Positions 1 through 8,814 of a stretch of 64,000 nucleotides of DNA are shown here, in pieces. Numbering within the stretch: the stretch's first letter is position 1; each line of letters opens with the position of its first letter. Position numbers and translations under genes: made by a program. Source of the DNA: an uncultured Spirochaetota bacterium (GTDB taxonomy: Bacteria; Spirochaetota; UBA4802; UBA5550); NCBI GenBank assembly GCA_963827275.1, contig CAWHAA010000004.1:512001-576000 (forward strand), read 5' to 3'. The notes under the pieces are model-generated. The model was not told the origin of the DNA. It did no database searches and saw only the letters and a list, made by a program, of their open reading frames with translations.

Positions 1-525
1 GCCGGGGTCCGGGGCACGGAATTTCTTGTGGCGGAGGAGTTGAACAAAGGTCTGGTCGCCACTCTCAATGGAACGGTCGCGGTTACGAACGAAGTCTCCG
101 CTGACAAGCAGGTTATAGACGTGACCGGTGGGAAAGAGGTAGTCATCGAGATGGATAAATTGATGACTCTGCAGGACCTGTCCGCGGAGAACAGGAGGCT
201 CCTCGAGGGTATAACACGGAATTTCCAGGACGCGAAGAAAGAGATCCGGGAACGGTTTGAAAAAAAGCGGGAAGAGATCCGCAAGGCGGTGGAGGACCAG
301 CGCCAGAAGAACCTCGATTCGATTGAAAAACAAAAATCCATTGACCTGCAGAATGTGGAGGAACAGAAGGCGCTTGATAAGGCCAATGTCGAAAAATTGA
401 AGATCAATGCCGAGAAAACCGCCGACCAAGCAAAGGAAAGTGTCTCCAGACAGCAGGAAGAAGCAGAGCAGAAACTTGAAAGCGTGAAGCCGGATATAAA
501 GAAGTTCAAAGGGACTCTGGAATAG
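1..525 (+). CDS. FecR-domain protein with C-terminal coiled coil, 5' truncated by the window edge
   Basis: The frame is open from base 1 and reads AGVRGTEFLV, the FecR-domain motif, followed by a K/E/Q-rich helical tail. Confidence 0.7.
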   Translation, partial: AGVRGTEFLVAEELNKGLVATLNGTVAVTNEVSADKQVIDVTGGKEVVIEMDKLMTLQDLSAENRRLLEGITRNFQDAKKEIRERFEKKREEIRKAVEDQRQKNLDSIEKQKSIDLQNVEEQKALDKANVEKLKINAEKTADQAKESVSRQQEEAEQKLESVKPDIKKFKGTLE

Positions 526-581
526 GTTCTCTTTTCATCAGGCGCGGCTGAATGGCCGCATTGTTAATGCGATTTGTACGG

Positions 582-637
582 TTTTTACTCTGACCCCTCC
601 CGGGGATATTGAAAAGTAGAATTTTACTCTGACCCCC
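582..637 (+). repeat. Two tandem copies of the dispersed TTACTCTGACCCC motif
   Basis: tttttactctgacccc at 582-597 and ttttactctgaccccc at 622-637. Confidence 0.9.
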
Positions 638-666
638 TTTGCGGGAATATTTAACAGGCAAAGTGT

Positions 667-1929
667 ATGAAGAACGTTGGATTCATATCGACAAGAATAT
701 CTGGCACTGACGGAGTAAGCCATGAGATCGAAAAATGGGCCGCCGTGCTTGAGAAGAATGGCCTGTCCTGCTCCTATTGCGCCGGGGAAGTCGATCGGCC
801 ACGGGAACGCTGTCATGTTATCGATGAAGCCCATTTCAGGCACCCGGACATCGACACTATTAACCGGAGCGTATTTGGAAAAACAATCAGGCCGGAGAAG
901 ATAACCGACCTTATCCATGTGTTATCCGCACACTTGAAAAGCGAACTATCAAACTATATTCGGCGTTTTGATGTCGATTGTATAATAGCCGAAAATGCGC
1001 TTGCCATTCCAATGAATATCCCTTTAGGGATAGCGTTGACAGAGCTGGTTGCAGAGACCGGTATTCCGGTTATAGCCCATCACCATGACTTTGCGTGGGA
1101 GCGTGAACGATTCCTGGTCAATGCCGCTGGTGACTACTTGCAGATGTGCTTTCCGCCTGTACTGCCCTCCGTGCTCCATGTGGTAATAAATTCGCTCGCG
1201 CGGAGGTCTCTTGCGCATCGTCGGGGCGTGACAAGCACCGTTATTCCCAATACCATTGATTACGCCAATCCACCCAAACCGGCTGATCCCGGGGCAATTA
1301 AAGGGGTCAGAGTAAATGCGGGAGTGTCCGATGGTGAAATTTTTGTTCTCCAGCCCACACGCGTGGTGCCGCGCAAATGCATTGAGCGCTCAATTGACCT
1401 TGTGAGTGGACTTGCCGGCGCGGGCAAAAGGCTTGTAATCTCACATCCCTCCGGCGATGAGGGTGATGAGTACTATACACAATTGAAGGAATACGCGAAT
1501 ATGCGCCAGGTAAGTCTGGTCAGCATAGAATCGGTGGTATCGCCGGGCCGGTCGGTGTCAGAGCAACGGCCGTATACCATCGGTGAGGTATATCAGGCCG
1601 CTGATCTTGTTACATATCCTTCGGCGTATGAGGGATTCGGGAACGCCTTCCTTGAGGCAATTTATTTCAGGAAGCCAATTTTAATGAATCGCTACCCGAT
1701 TTTCATAGCTGACATTGAGCCAAAAGGTTTTGAGTTATGTCTTATAAATGGGTTTGTTACCGTTGATGTGATCAGGTATGTAGAGCGAATTCTTTCAGAT
1801 CCGGATGCTCGTAAGAAGATGGTAGATAAAAATTATAGTATAGCGAGCGAGTGTTTTTCTTATCAAAGGCTTGAAGATCTTTTAATGGGTGTGGTGGGCT
1901 GCCTCAGACCTCGATCTCCTTGCAGATGA
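667..1929 (+). CDS. Glycosyltransferase family 4 (GT-B; mannosylglucosylglycerate synthase-like)
   Basis: 420 aa with N-terminal DGVSHEIEKW, HHHDF, QPTRVVPRK and the GT4 signature YPSAYEGFGNAFLEA. Confidence 0.85.
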   Translation: MKNVGFISTRISGTDGVSHEIEKWAAVLEKNGLSCSYCAGEVDRPRERCHVIDEAHFRHPDIDTINRSVFGKTIRPEKITDLIHVLSAHLKSELSNYIRRFDVDCIIAENALAIPMNIPLGIALTELVAETGIPVIAHHHDFAWERERFLVNAAGDYLQMCFPPVLPSVLHVVINSLARRSLAHRRGVTSTVIPNTIDYANPPKPADPGAIKGVRVNAGVSDGEIFVLQPTRVVPRKCIERSIDLVSGLAGAGKRLVISHPSGDEGDEYYTQLKEYANMRQVSLVSIESVVSPGRSVSEQRPYTIGEVYQAADLVTYPSAYEGFGNAFLEAIYFRKPILMNRYPIFIADIEPKGFELCLINGFVTVDVIRYVERILSDPDARKKMVDKNYSIASECFSYQRLEDLLMGVVGCLRPRSPCR

Positions 1930-2632
1930 TCATTTCCGAGTCTTCTTCCTCCGGTCGAACTCGGTAGAGTATGCCATTTCTATCTGCTATTAAACTACGC
2001 GCTTGCAAGAAATTGCGAAATTCAGATTTGACACCGCAAACCTTGACGATGACCGCATTCGCCATCGCTGCACCCCGGACATAAATATCAAGATCACGCT
2101 TGAATTTTTCATCCGCAGATTCCTCTCTCCTTGGTGAAAAAGTAGGGGCAAATATTAGGTGAGTTCCCTGCTCGCGCATGAAATGAAAAGCATCGTCTTC
2201 AAATACATCGGCGCAGATAATCACTCCAAAAGTAATTCCATGTGCACTGAATACCTGATATAAGTCTCCTGGTGTTATCTTGCCCACTTCAGCAAAAAAG
2301 AGTCGTTTTTTACGATAACTACCCAATAGGATGCCATTATGAAACACAAAACAGGTATTGTAAGTTACCCCATTTGCAAGTTCTGGCATTGTCCCACCGA
2401 TAACAACGGTTGACAGTTCCTTGGATAATTTTGATATTCGCTGCAATTGACGTTTTTGGTTGTGGGGCGTTTGGTTCTGTGTGCCCAGAGCAGTGTTTAC
2501 GAAAAAATATTCGGGGAAACATATAAAGTGTGGCTTGAAACTTCGAAACAGGCTGGTGTCAGAGTGAGTTATAGGGACTCCAAGCGGTTTTTGAGATATT
2601 ATAATTCGAAGTTTCATGACTACGTTTCCCAT
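1904..2632 (-). CDS. Carbon-nitrogen hydrolase (nitrilase superfamily)
   Basis: Catalytic triad motifs FPEYF (Glu), YRKK (Lys) and IICAD (Cys). Confidence 0.85.
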   Translation of the reverse strand: MGNVVMKLRIIISQKPLGVPITHSDTSLFRSFKPHFICFPEYFFVNTALGTQNQTPHNQKRQLQRISKLSKELSTVVIGGTMPELANGVTYNTCFVFHNGILLGSYRKKRLFFAEVGKITPGDLYQVFSAHGITFGVIICADVFEDDAFHFMREQGTHLIFAPTFSPRREESADEKFKRDLDIYVRGAAMANAVIVKVCGVKSEFRNFLQARSLIADRNGILYRVRPEEEDSEMIICKEIEV

Positions 2633-2673
2633 GCAACTAGTAATCTTTTATTTAATAATATCAAGAGATTTTA

Positions 2674-2685
2674 GTGTCAGAGTAA
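2674..2685 (-). repeat. TTACTCTGACAC motif copy downstream of the RAYT gene
   Basis: gtgtcagagtaa on the + strand. Confidence 0.75.
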
Positions 2686-2848
2686 CATTATTTTAGTACT
2701 GGAATAGCATAGTAGCAAAAATATCTAGTAATCTGGGATCTATGGACTTTAAAGATAATCAGAACTGATTTGAATTTTAAGGAGAGAAGGCTTAATAAAA
2801 TAAGCTAAATATTTGTACTTCTGGAATTCCAACTGTTGCGATAACCAA

Positions 2849-3448
2849 TTACCCAAACAGGCTTTCCGGGAAGATTCGCTTTCTATACCTTTCTTCGTAT
2901 TCAAGAAATTTTCCGACCCGTTCCTCGAAGGTAGCCCCCAGCTTTACAAAATATTCATGCAGGGTGATGGTTACCGGCGGAATGAATTCCTTGCTCAAAT
3001 AGCAGCGGATAGACCCATACTTGTAATCTCGGGGATCTGCGACAGTTTTGCTTTTTACCGGATTATAGGCCATATAAAGCAATATTACGAAAAACGTCGA
3101 AACCGGGTCGTCAGTAAGTTCAATAATGGTATCGCTGAAGCGCTCATTCCAGAAGGGGCCAATCCTGCCCATGATCCGGTTATATCGCCGTGCAAATTGT
3201 GACTTGATGAACTGCATGATACGAGAAATGGACTCGCCGCCATCAAGCGTACGGATAAGAAAATGGAAATGATTGGCCATGAGGGTATAGTTGATCAGCT
3301 CAAAATGGTATTTTTCAAGCGCCAGGTCTAAGACAAAAAGCATCAAGTCTTTCATCTCATCAGAATGCATGAGGTGTTTTTTCTCGATGCAGCGTGACAT
3401 GGTGTGATAGGTATGTTCCGGCAGGCAGTTCCGTTGTTTTCGCGGCAT
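2849..3448 (-). mobile_element. REP-associated tyrosine transposase (RAYT)-like HUH/Y1 transposase
   Basis: MPRKQR...TYHTMSR N-terminus, HUH motif NHFH, FWNERF, catalytic-Tyr segment YMAYNPVK and DYKYGS. aaggagg RBS upstream. No tnpB nearby. Confidence 0.88.
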
Positions 3449-3531
3449 GGCGTCCTCCTTTGCTTGTGGGATGTCTTGCTTGCGTTTGCTGTATATACGA
3501 ATGGGAGGCCGCCTTCTGGTAATAATTTTAT

Positions 3532-3547
3532 GGGGTCAGAGTAAAAA
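3532..3547 (-). repeat. TTTTTACTCTGACCCC motif copy upstream of the RAYT gene
   Basis: ggggtcagagtaaaaa, the exact reverse complement of 582-597. Confidence 0.9.
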
Positions 3548-3567
3548 AGTTAAATATAAAAATAAAT

Positions 3568-3639
3568 TTCATTCCAAGACTCTTTGCCGTTTATTCCCTC
3601 CCACGTAGCTTTCATTCCACAAAACGTAGCATTCATTCC
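3568..3639. promoter_or_regulatory. Four helically phased TT(C/T)ATTCC direct repeats in the divergent RAYT/sigma promoter region
   Basis: Copies end at 3575, 3597, 3618 and 3639 (periods 22, 21, 21). The last two extend to acgtagcWttcattcc. Confidence 0.5.
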
Positions 3640-3766
3640 TCTTGGCTTGCGTATTTTTAAAAGATTCGGTATTAATTATTACAACAATATGCTTCCTTTG
3701 TTCTGGTCCCGGGATGGCCGGCATGGAAGGCGTATTGTGATTTTATTGTTATGGTGAGGAGGGAAT

Positions 3767-4321
3767 ATGTCAGAATTAAATTATGCCGATGCCGGATTTG
3801 ATGAGCAATTTTCCATTAATTATCGAAAGTTTTCTCTGGCGGTAGTGAGGTTCCTGAAAAAAATCATCTATGACAGAGACATCTGCGAGGAACTGTGTCA
3901 GGATGTATTTCTCAAAGTATACGAAAGAAAAGTTCGGCTTGATCCGGATGCGCCTCAGACGCTGAATTATTTATTTACCATGGCAAAGAATATGGCCATA
4001 GATTATCTGCGGCGCAGAAGGTCCGAAGAAGACAAATTGAAGTATTTGCGCCTTGATGAAGCGCACATGGACCGCCAATTTTATGAAAATATTGAAAACA
4101 TATGTCTGCGCGGGGAGATTATCTCTACTTTAAGGGATACGATTGATTCTTTTCCTCAAAAACAACGGACTCTATTTATCGCTAAGAATTTATTCAATAT
4201 ATCAAAAGCCACACTATCCAAAGACAGCGGCATTTCTTTGTATCTATTGAGGCAGATGGAGGGTGAAATCGTTCGTAAGATAAAAAGCAATCTCGGGCAT
4301 TTCTTTGGATATAATGATTAA
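3767..4321 (+). CDS. ECF-type RNA polymerase sigma-70 factor
   Basis: Region 2 motifs EELCQDVFLKV and YLFTMAKNMAIDYLRR, with region 4 after IDSFPQKQR. gaggaggg RBS. Confidence 0.85.
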   Translation: MSELNYADAGFDEQFSINYRKFSLAVVRFLKKIIYDRDICEELCQDVFLKVYERKVRLDPDAPQTLNYLFTMAKNMAIDYLRRRRSEEDKLKYLRLDEAHMDRQFYENIENICLRGEIISTLRDTIDSFPQKQRTLFIAKNLFNISKATLSKDSGISLYLLRQMEGEIVRKIKSNLGHFFGYND

Positions 4322-4498
4322 CAGAATAATCTTGACAGGAAAAACATAAAAAAGATAAAGAAAAAATTCGAGAACCGGGACTCCGCGTCCGTGGCGCGCG
4401 ACGGCGGTACGTCCGTCTATCTATTTAAGAAGATAGAGCGTGAGTTCAACCGGCGGGTATGGGACTCCCTATGGCACTATTTTTCCGGCGCAGAATAA
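4322..4498 (+). pseudogene. Startless remnant of a paralogous sigma factor C-terminus (region 4), in frame behind the sigma stop codon
   Basis: Hand translation gives ...NRDSASVARDGGTSVYLFKKIEREFNRRVWDSLWHYFSGAE*, which aligns gap-free with the last 41 aa of the upstream sigma. Confidence 0.65.
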
Positions 4499-4502
4499 TG
4501 TA

Positions 4503-4546
4503 TTGACAAAAAAAGAGACCGGGATATGTTGACCGAGCGCTCGTTC
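4503..4546 (+). promoter_or_regulatory. Sigma70-like promoter and palindromic operator upstream of tetR
   Basis: TTGACA at 4503-4508, 16-bp spacer, TATGTT at 4525-4530, then the palindrome cgagcgctcg. Confidence 0.45.
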
Positions 4547-4575
4547 GGTATTATATTATAATCATAAGGGGGGTC

Positions 4576-5256
4576 ATGGCGCCCGCGCAAGGGGCTCCGG
4601 AAGCCATGGAAACAAAAAAAAGGGGGAAAAACGTACCGACACAGATCAAGAACCAGGACCTGGTCGCGAAGCGACGGCGGCAGATTATAGACGCGGCCGT
4701 GCGTCTGTTCATAGAAAAAGGTTTTCACAAAACGACCACCCGTCAGATCGCCGCCGCGGCCGGTCTGCCGATCGGCTCCATGTATGAATACGTGGCCTCA
4801 AAGGAGGACATCCTCTACCTTGTCTGCGACGCGATACACGCCGAGGTCGAGAAGGGCGTGATCGAAGCCATGGCCCGGGCCAGCAAGGGGAAGAACATCC
4901 TGGCCGGGGCTATCCGGGAATACTTCCTGGTGAGCGACCGTATGAGCGACCACATCCTGCTTATCTATCAGGAGACGCAGTCACTCCCCCGCCAGTGGCG
5001 CCGCAAGGTGCTGGAGAACGAGGTACGCATTACCGGGATCTTCATTACCCTGATCAAGCTCCTGATATCCTCCGGCGATCTGCCGCCGCGCGGTGACCGC
5101 GCAGTAGAAGTGGCGGCACACAATATCGCTGTGCTGGGACACATGTGGACCTTCAGGCGATGGTTCTTCACCCGGCACTACAGCATCGAGGAATATATCA
5201 AACTCCAGACCGAGTTCATCCTTGGATCGTATAAAATGAAGGAAAAGAAACAATAA
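4576..5256 (+). CDS. TetR/AcrR family transcriptional regulator
   Basis: N-terminal HTH IIDAAVRLFIEKGFHKTTTRQIAAAAG...MYEYVASKEDIL, directly upstream of icmF. Alternative start at 4606. Confidence 0.9.
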   Translation: MAPAQGAPEAMETKKRGKNVPTQIKNQDLVAKRRRQIIDAAVRLFIEKGFHKTTTRQIAAAAGLPIGSMYEYVASKEDILYLVCDAIHAEVEKGVIEAMARASKGKNILAGAIREYFLVSDRMSDHILLIYQETQSLPRQWRRKVLENEVRITGIFITLIKLLISSGDLPPRGDRAVEVAAHNIAVLGHMWTFRRWFFTRHYSIEEYIKLQTEFILGSYKMKEKKQ

Positions 5257-5271
5257 AAAGACTTGATAAAA

Positions 5272-5287
5272 AATGGAGCGCTTCATT
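5272..5287. promoter_or_regulatory. Candidate TetR operator upstream of icmF
   Basis: Quasi-palindrome aatggagcgcttcatt shares the gagcgct core with the site upstream of tetR and follows TTGATA at 5263. Confidence 0.4.
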
Positions 5288-5322
5288 AATCAACGGGATT
5301 ACGCAGGGAGAATATTCAGGCC

Positions 5323-8300
5323 ATGAAACAAACGACCGCAACCAAAACTGAAAAAAGCCCTTCGGGGGCATCATCACATGTGCACGGGATATACAGGCCG
5401 AAGAACAGGGTCCGGGTCGTAACCGCGACGTCTCTCTTTGATGGCCATGACGTGGCCATCAATATGTTCAGGAGGATCCTTCAGGAAACAGGCGTTGAGG
5501 TGATTCATCTGGGTCACAACCGATCCGTCGATGAGATCGTAAGCGCAGCAATAGAAGAGGATGTGCAGGGGATTGCCGTTTCCTGTTATCAGGGCGGGCA
5601 CGTCGAATTTTTCAAATATATAATCGATCTCCTGAAAGAGCGGGGGGGCCCGCATATCCGGGTCTTCGGCGGCGGGGGCGGCGTGATCGTACCGGAGGAA
5701 GCGAGCGAGCTCGAGGAATACGGCGTGGCAAAAATCTATACGCCTGAACATGGCGCGCAGATGGGCCTTCAGGGCATTATCAACCACCTTGTAAGTGAAA
5801 TTGATTTTCCGATTCCGGACGCTGTCGCGACTGATATCTCTCTACTTTCATATGATAATAAAGCTGCGATCGCCCGGCTCATCACCATGGCGGAGACGGT
5901 TGATCCCCGTGGTTCTGATAATTACGCGTCGATTCGCCAGCTTGTCCGCAAGGCTGCCGGTGAAAGAAAGATGCCGGTCATCGGGATCTCCGGCACCGGT
6001 GGCGCAGGCAAGTCGTCAATAATCGACGAGATCATTGTGCGCTTTCTGCATGATTTTAGTGATCTGCGCGCGGCGGTGCTCTGCAGCGATCCTGCAAAAC
6101 GCAGGAGCGGTGGTGCGCTGCTGGGCGATCGTATCCGGATGAACGCGATCACGAATCCCCGTGTATATATGCGCTCGTTTGCCGCCGGCCAATCCAATAT
6201 TGATTTTTCTGAATCGCTGTCCGATGCGCTCGCCGTTGTAAGGGCGGCCGGCTTTGATCTCGCGATAGCGGAGACGGCGGGCGTGGGCCAGGGAAGCGCC
6301 GGTCTTACCGATCTCGCCGATGTGTCGGTCTACGTGATGACCAGCGAGTACGGCGCGGCATCGCAGCTCGAAAAAATCACCATGCTCGATTATGCCGATG
6401 TGGTTATCGTGAATAAATTCGAAAAAGAGGGCGCGGATGATGCCCTCCGCGACGTACGGAAACAGGTCCAGAGGAACCACAAGGCATTCGACAGGTCGCC
6501 TGATGAGATGCCGGTATTCGGTACCATCGCTTCCCGGTTTAACGACGACGGCCTTACCGCCCTCTATCATTTTCTGCTCGATTGTATCAATGAGAAAACA
6601 GGGAGCAACCTGGTTTCGGGCCTGCCGCGACCGGATCGGCGGACATCGTCATCCAAGACAATAATAATTCCGTCCCGTCGCACCCGCTACCTGTCAGAGA
6701 TAGCCGATACGGTGCGTGACTACCATAAACGCACCGTGGAGCAGGCGGATATCGTGCGCGCCATATGGCACCTGCGGGAATCTGCGACGCGGCTGGCGGA
6801 ACGGGGCGATGCCGCTGGTGCGGTTGAACGGCTTACCGAGGAAGCGGCGCGCATGGAACCGCTGATCGAAAGCGAGACAACGTATCTCCTGTACCAGTGG
6901 GACGTCATCAGGGAGGATTACCGGAAGGATGAGCTCGTGTATCTCGTGCGCGACCAGGAGGTCAGGACGCCCCTGTATTACGAGTCCCTTTCCGGCAAGA
7001 AGATCCCCAAAATCGCCCTCCCGCGTTTCACCGACCCTGGCGAGGTGTATCGCTGGATGCGCGAGGAAAATATCCCCGGCTGGTTTCCCTATACGGCGGG
7101 CGTATTCCCGTTGAAGCGGATGAACGAGGACCCCACCCGCATGTTCGCGGGCGAGGGAAACCCGGAGCGGACCAACGCGCGCTTCAAGCTCCTGTCCGCC
7201 AATTTCGCAGCGAAGCGCCTCAGCACCGCATTTGACTCGGTCACGCTCTATGGCCGTGATCCTGAGACAAGGCCGGATGTCTACGGCAAGGTGGGGACTT
7301 CCGGCGTGAGCGTGTGTACGCTTGACGATGTGAAGGTCCTCTACGGCGGGTTCGACCTTACAGCGCCCGCGACCTCGGTTTCAATGACCGTAAACGGCCC
7401 GGCGCCGATGATGCTCGCAATGTTCCTGAACGCGGCGATTGACCAGCAGGAAGAACGGTTCGCGTCTCAGACGGGGCGGCAGCCGAATGCGGAAGAGCAT
7501 GCAAGGATACGCACCGATGTGCTTTCGAACGTACGTGGAACGGTGCAGGCCGATATATTAAAAGAAGACCAGGGCCAGAATACCTGTATTTTTTCTATCG
7601 ACTTTGCCCTCAAGATGATGGGAGATATACAGCAGTTTTTTATTGATAATAACGTGCGCAATCTTTACTCCGTGTCGATATCCGGCTATCATATCGCAGA
7701 GGCGGGAGCAAACCCGATCACACAGCTGGCCTTCACGCTGGCCAACGGATTCACCTATGTGGAATACTATCTCTCGCGCGGCATGCCCATTGACAGCTTT
7801 GCGCCGAACCTCTCCTTTTTCTTCTCAAACGGCATGGACCCGGAATACACGGTCATCGGTCGGGTGGCGCGTCGTATATGGGCAGTTGCCATGAGGGAGA
7901 AATACCGTGCCGCGCCGCGGTCGCAGATGCTCAAATATCACATCCAGACATCAGGCCGGTCGCTTCACAGCCAGGAGATACAGTTTAACGATATCCGTAC
8001 CACGCTGCAGGCACTCTGCGCGGTGTACGATAACTGCAATAGCCTCCATACCAATGCCTATGACGAGGCCATCACGACACCCAGCCGCGAATCGGTACGC
8101 CGTGCTCTGGCGATACAGCAGATCATCAACAGGGAATGGGGTCTGGCGCGGAACGAAAACCCGGAGCAGGGGAGCTTTATCGTTGAAGAGCTCACCAGTC
8201 TTGTCGAGGAAGCGGTGCTCGCGGAATTCGACCGCATCACGGAGCGGGGCGGGGTGCTCGGCGCGATGGAAAAGGGCTACCAGCGGAGCCAGATACAGGA

Positions 8301-8640
8301 AGAATCGATGCACTATGAACACCTGAAGCACTCCGGGGGGCTCCCCATCGTGGGGGTGAACGCGTTCCTTGACGGCGAGACGTCTCATGGCGGCGAGATA
8401 GCCACCGTTGAGCTCGCTCGCGCCACCGAGGAAGAGAAGCGCTCACAGCTCCGGCGCCTGGACGAATTTCACCGCCGCAATGCACATGAAGCGCCGCGTG
8501 CGCTGAAAAAACTTATGGAGACGGCATTGTCGGGAGGAAACGTTTTTGCAGAAATGATGAACACCGTCCGCTACTGCTCCATAGGCCAGATCACGAATGC
8601 GCTTTACTCTGTGGGCGGCCAGTACCGGAGAAGCATGTAG
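5323..8640 (+). CDS. icmF: Fused isobutyryl-CoA mutase/MeaI GTPase (IcmF)
   Basis: 1105 aa: B12-binding domain (FDGHD, SCYQGGH), P-loop GTGGAGKSS with ETAGVGQ and NKFE, and a mutase barrel (EDPTRMFAGEG, KYHIQTSGRSLH, GGQYRRSM). Confidence 0.95.
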   Translation: MKQTTATKTEKSPSGASSHVHGIYRPKNRVRVVTATSLFDGHDVAINMFRRILQETGVEVIHLGHNRSVDEIVSAAIEEDVQGIAVSCYQGGHVEFFKYIIDLLKERGGPHIRVFGGGGGVIVPEEASELEEYGVAKIYTPEHGAQMGLQGIINHLVSEIDFPIPDAVATDISLLSYDNKAAIARLITMAETVDPRGSDNYASIRQLVRKAAGERKMPVIGISGTGGAGKSSIIDEIIVRFLHDFSDLRAAVLCSDPAKRRSGGALLGDRIRMNAITNPRVYMRSFAAGQSNIDFSESLSDALAVVRAAGFDLAIAETAGVGQGSAGLTDLADVSVYVMTSEYGAASQLEKITMLDYADVVIVNKFEKEGADDALRDVRKQVQRNHKAFDRSPDEMPVFGTIASRFNDDGLTALYHFLLDCINEKTGSNLVSGLPRPDRRTSSSKTIIIPSRRTRYLSEIADTVRDYHKRTVEQADIVRAIWHLRESATRLAERGDAAGAVERLTEEAARMEPLIESETTYLLYQWDVIREDYRKDELVYLVRDQEVRTPLYYESLSGKKIPKIALPRFTDPGEVYRWMREENIPGWFPYTAGVFPLKRMNEDPTRMFAGEGNPERTNARFKLLSANFAAKRLSTAFDSVTLYGRDPETRPDVYGKVGTSGVSVCTLDDVKVLYGGFDLTAPATSVSMTVNGPAPMMLAMFLNAAIDQQEERFASQTGRQPNAEEHARIRTDVLSNVRGTVQADILKEDQGQNTCIFSIDFALKMMGDIQQFFIDNNVRNLYSVSISGYHIAEAGANPITQLAFTLANGFTYVEYYLSRGMPIDSFAPNLSFFFSNGMDPEYTVIGRVARRIWAVAMREKYRAAPRSQMLKYHIQTSGRSLHSQEIQFNDIRTTLQALCAVYDNCNSLHTNAYDEAITTPSRESVRRALAIQQIINREWGLARNENPEQGSFIVEELTSLVEEAVLAEFDRITERGGVLGAMEKGYQRSQIQEESMHYEHLKHSGGLPIVGVNAFLDGETSHGGEIATVELARATEEEKRSQLRRLDEFHRRNAHEAPRALKKLMETALSGGNVFAEMMNTVRYCSIGQITNALYSVGGQYRRSM

Positions 8641-8723
8641 TCATATCCCTCTGTTTTTATGGTAAAATTCTCTTCCTGCTGTGAATTAAACTGAAGCTGG
8701 CCAGCCTGATTTGATAATAAGAC

Positions 8724-8814
8724 TGCTCTGACACCTCGTTTTCAGAATATTTTACTCTGACCCCGGTTTCCCATTTTCAATTTACTCTGACACCAAATAT
8801 TTACTCTGACCCCA
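8724..8814 (+). repeat. Cluster of four TT(A/G)CTCTGAC(C/A)CC motif copies
   Basis: Copies at 8724 (tgctctgacacc), 8750, 8781 and 8800, with unrelated short spacers. The last overlaps the sulfatase stop codon. Confidence 0.9.

Noticed and set aside
538..918. 126-aa minus-strand ORF containing GVRVK twice
   Set aside because: It overlaps the GT4 gene antisense, and the repeated peptide is just the translated DNA motif.
2849..3448. Classical IS200/IS605 insertion sequence
   Set aside because: There is no tnpB, I saw no clear subterminal hairpins, and the length and NPVK motif fit RAYT-like proteins better.
5257..5322. Cobalamin riboswitch upstream of the B12-dependent icmF
   Set aside because: The intergenic space is only about 65 bp and no B12-box is visible.
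8724..8814. Possible CRISPR array (also considered for 18154-18288)
   Set aside because: Repeats are only 13-14 bp, spacers are short and irregular, and no cas genes are present.
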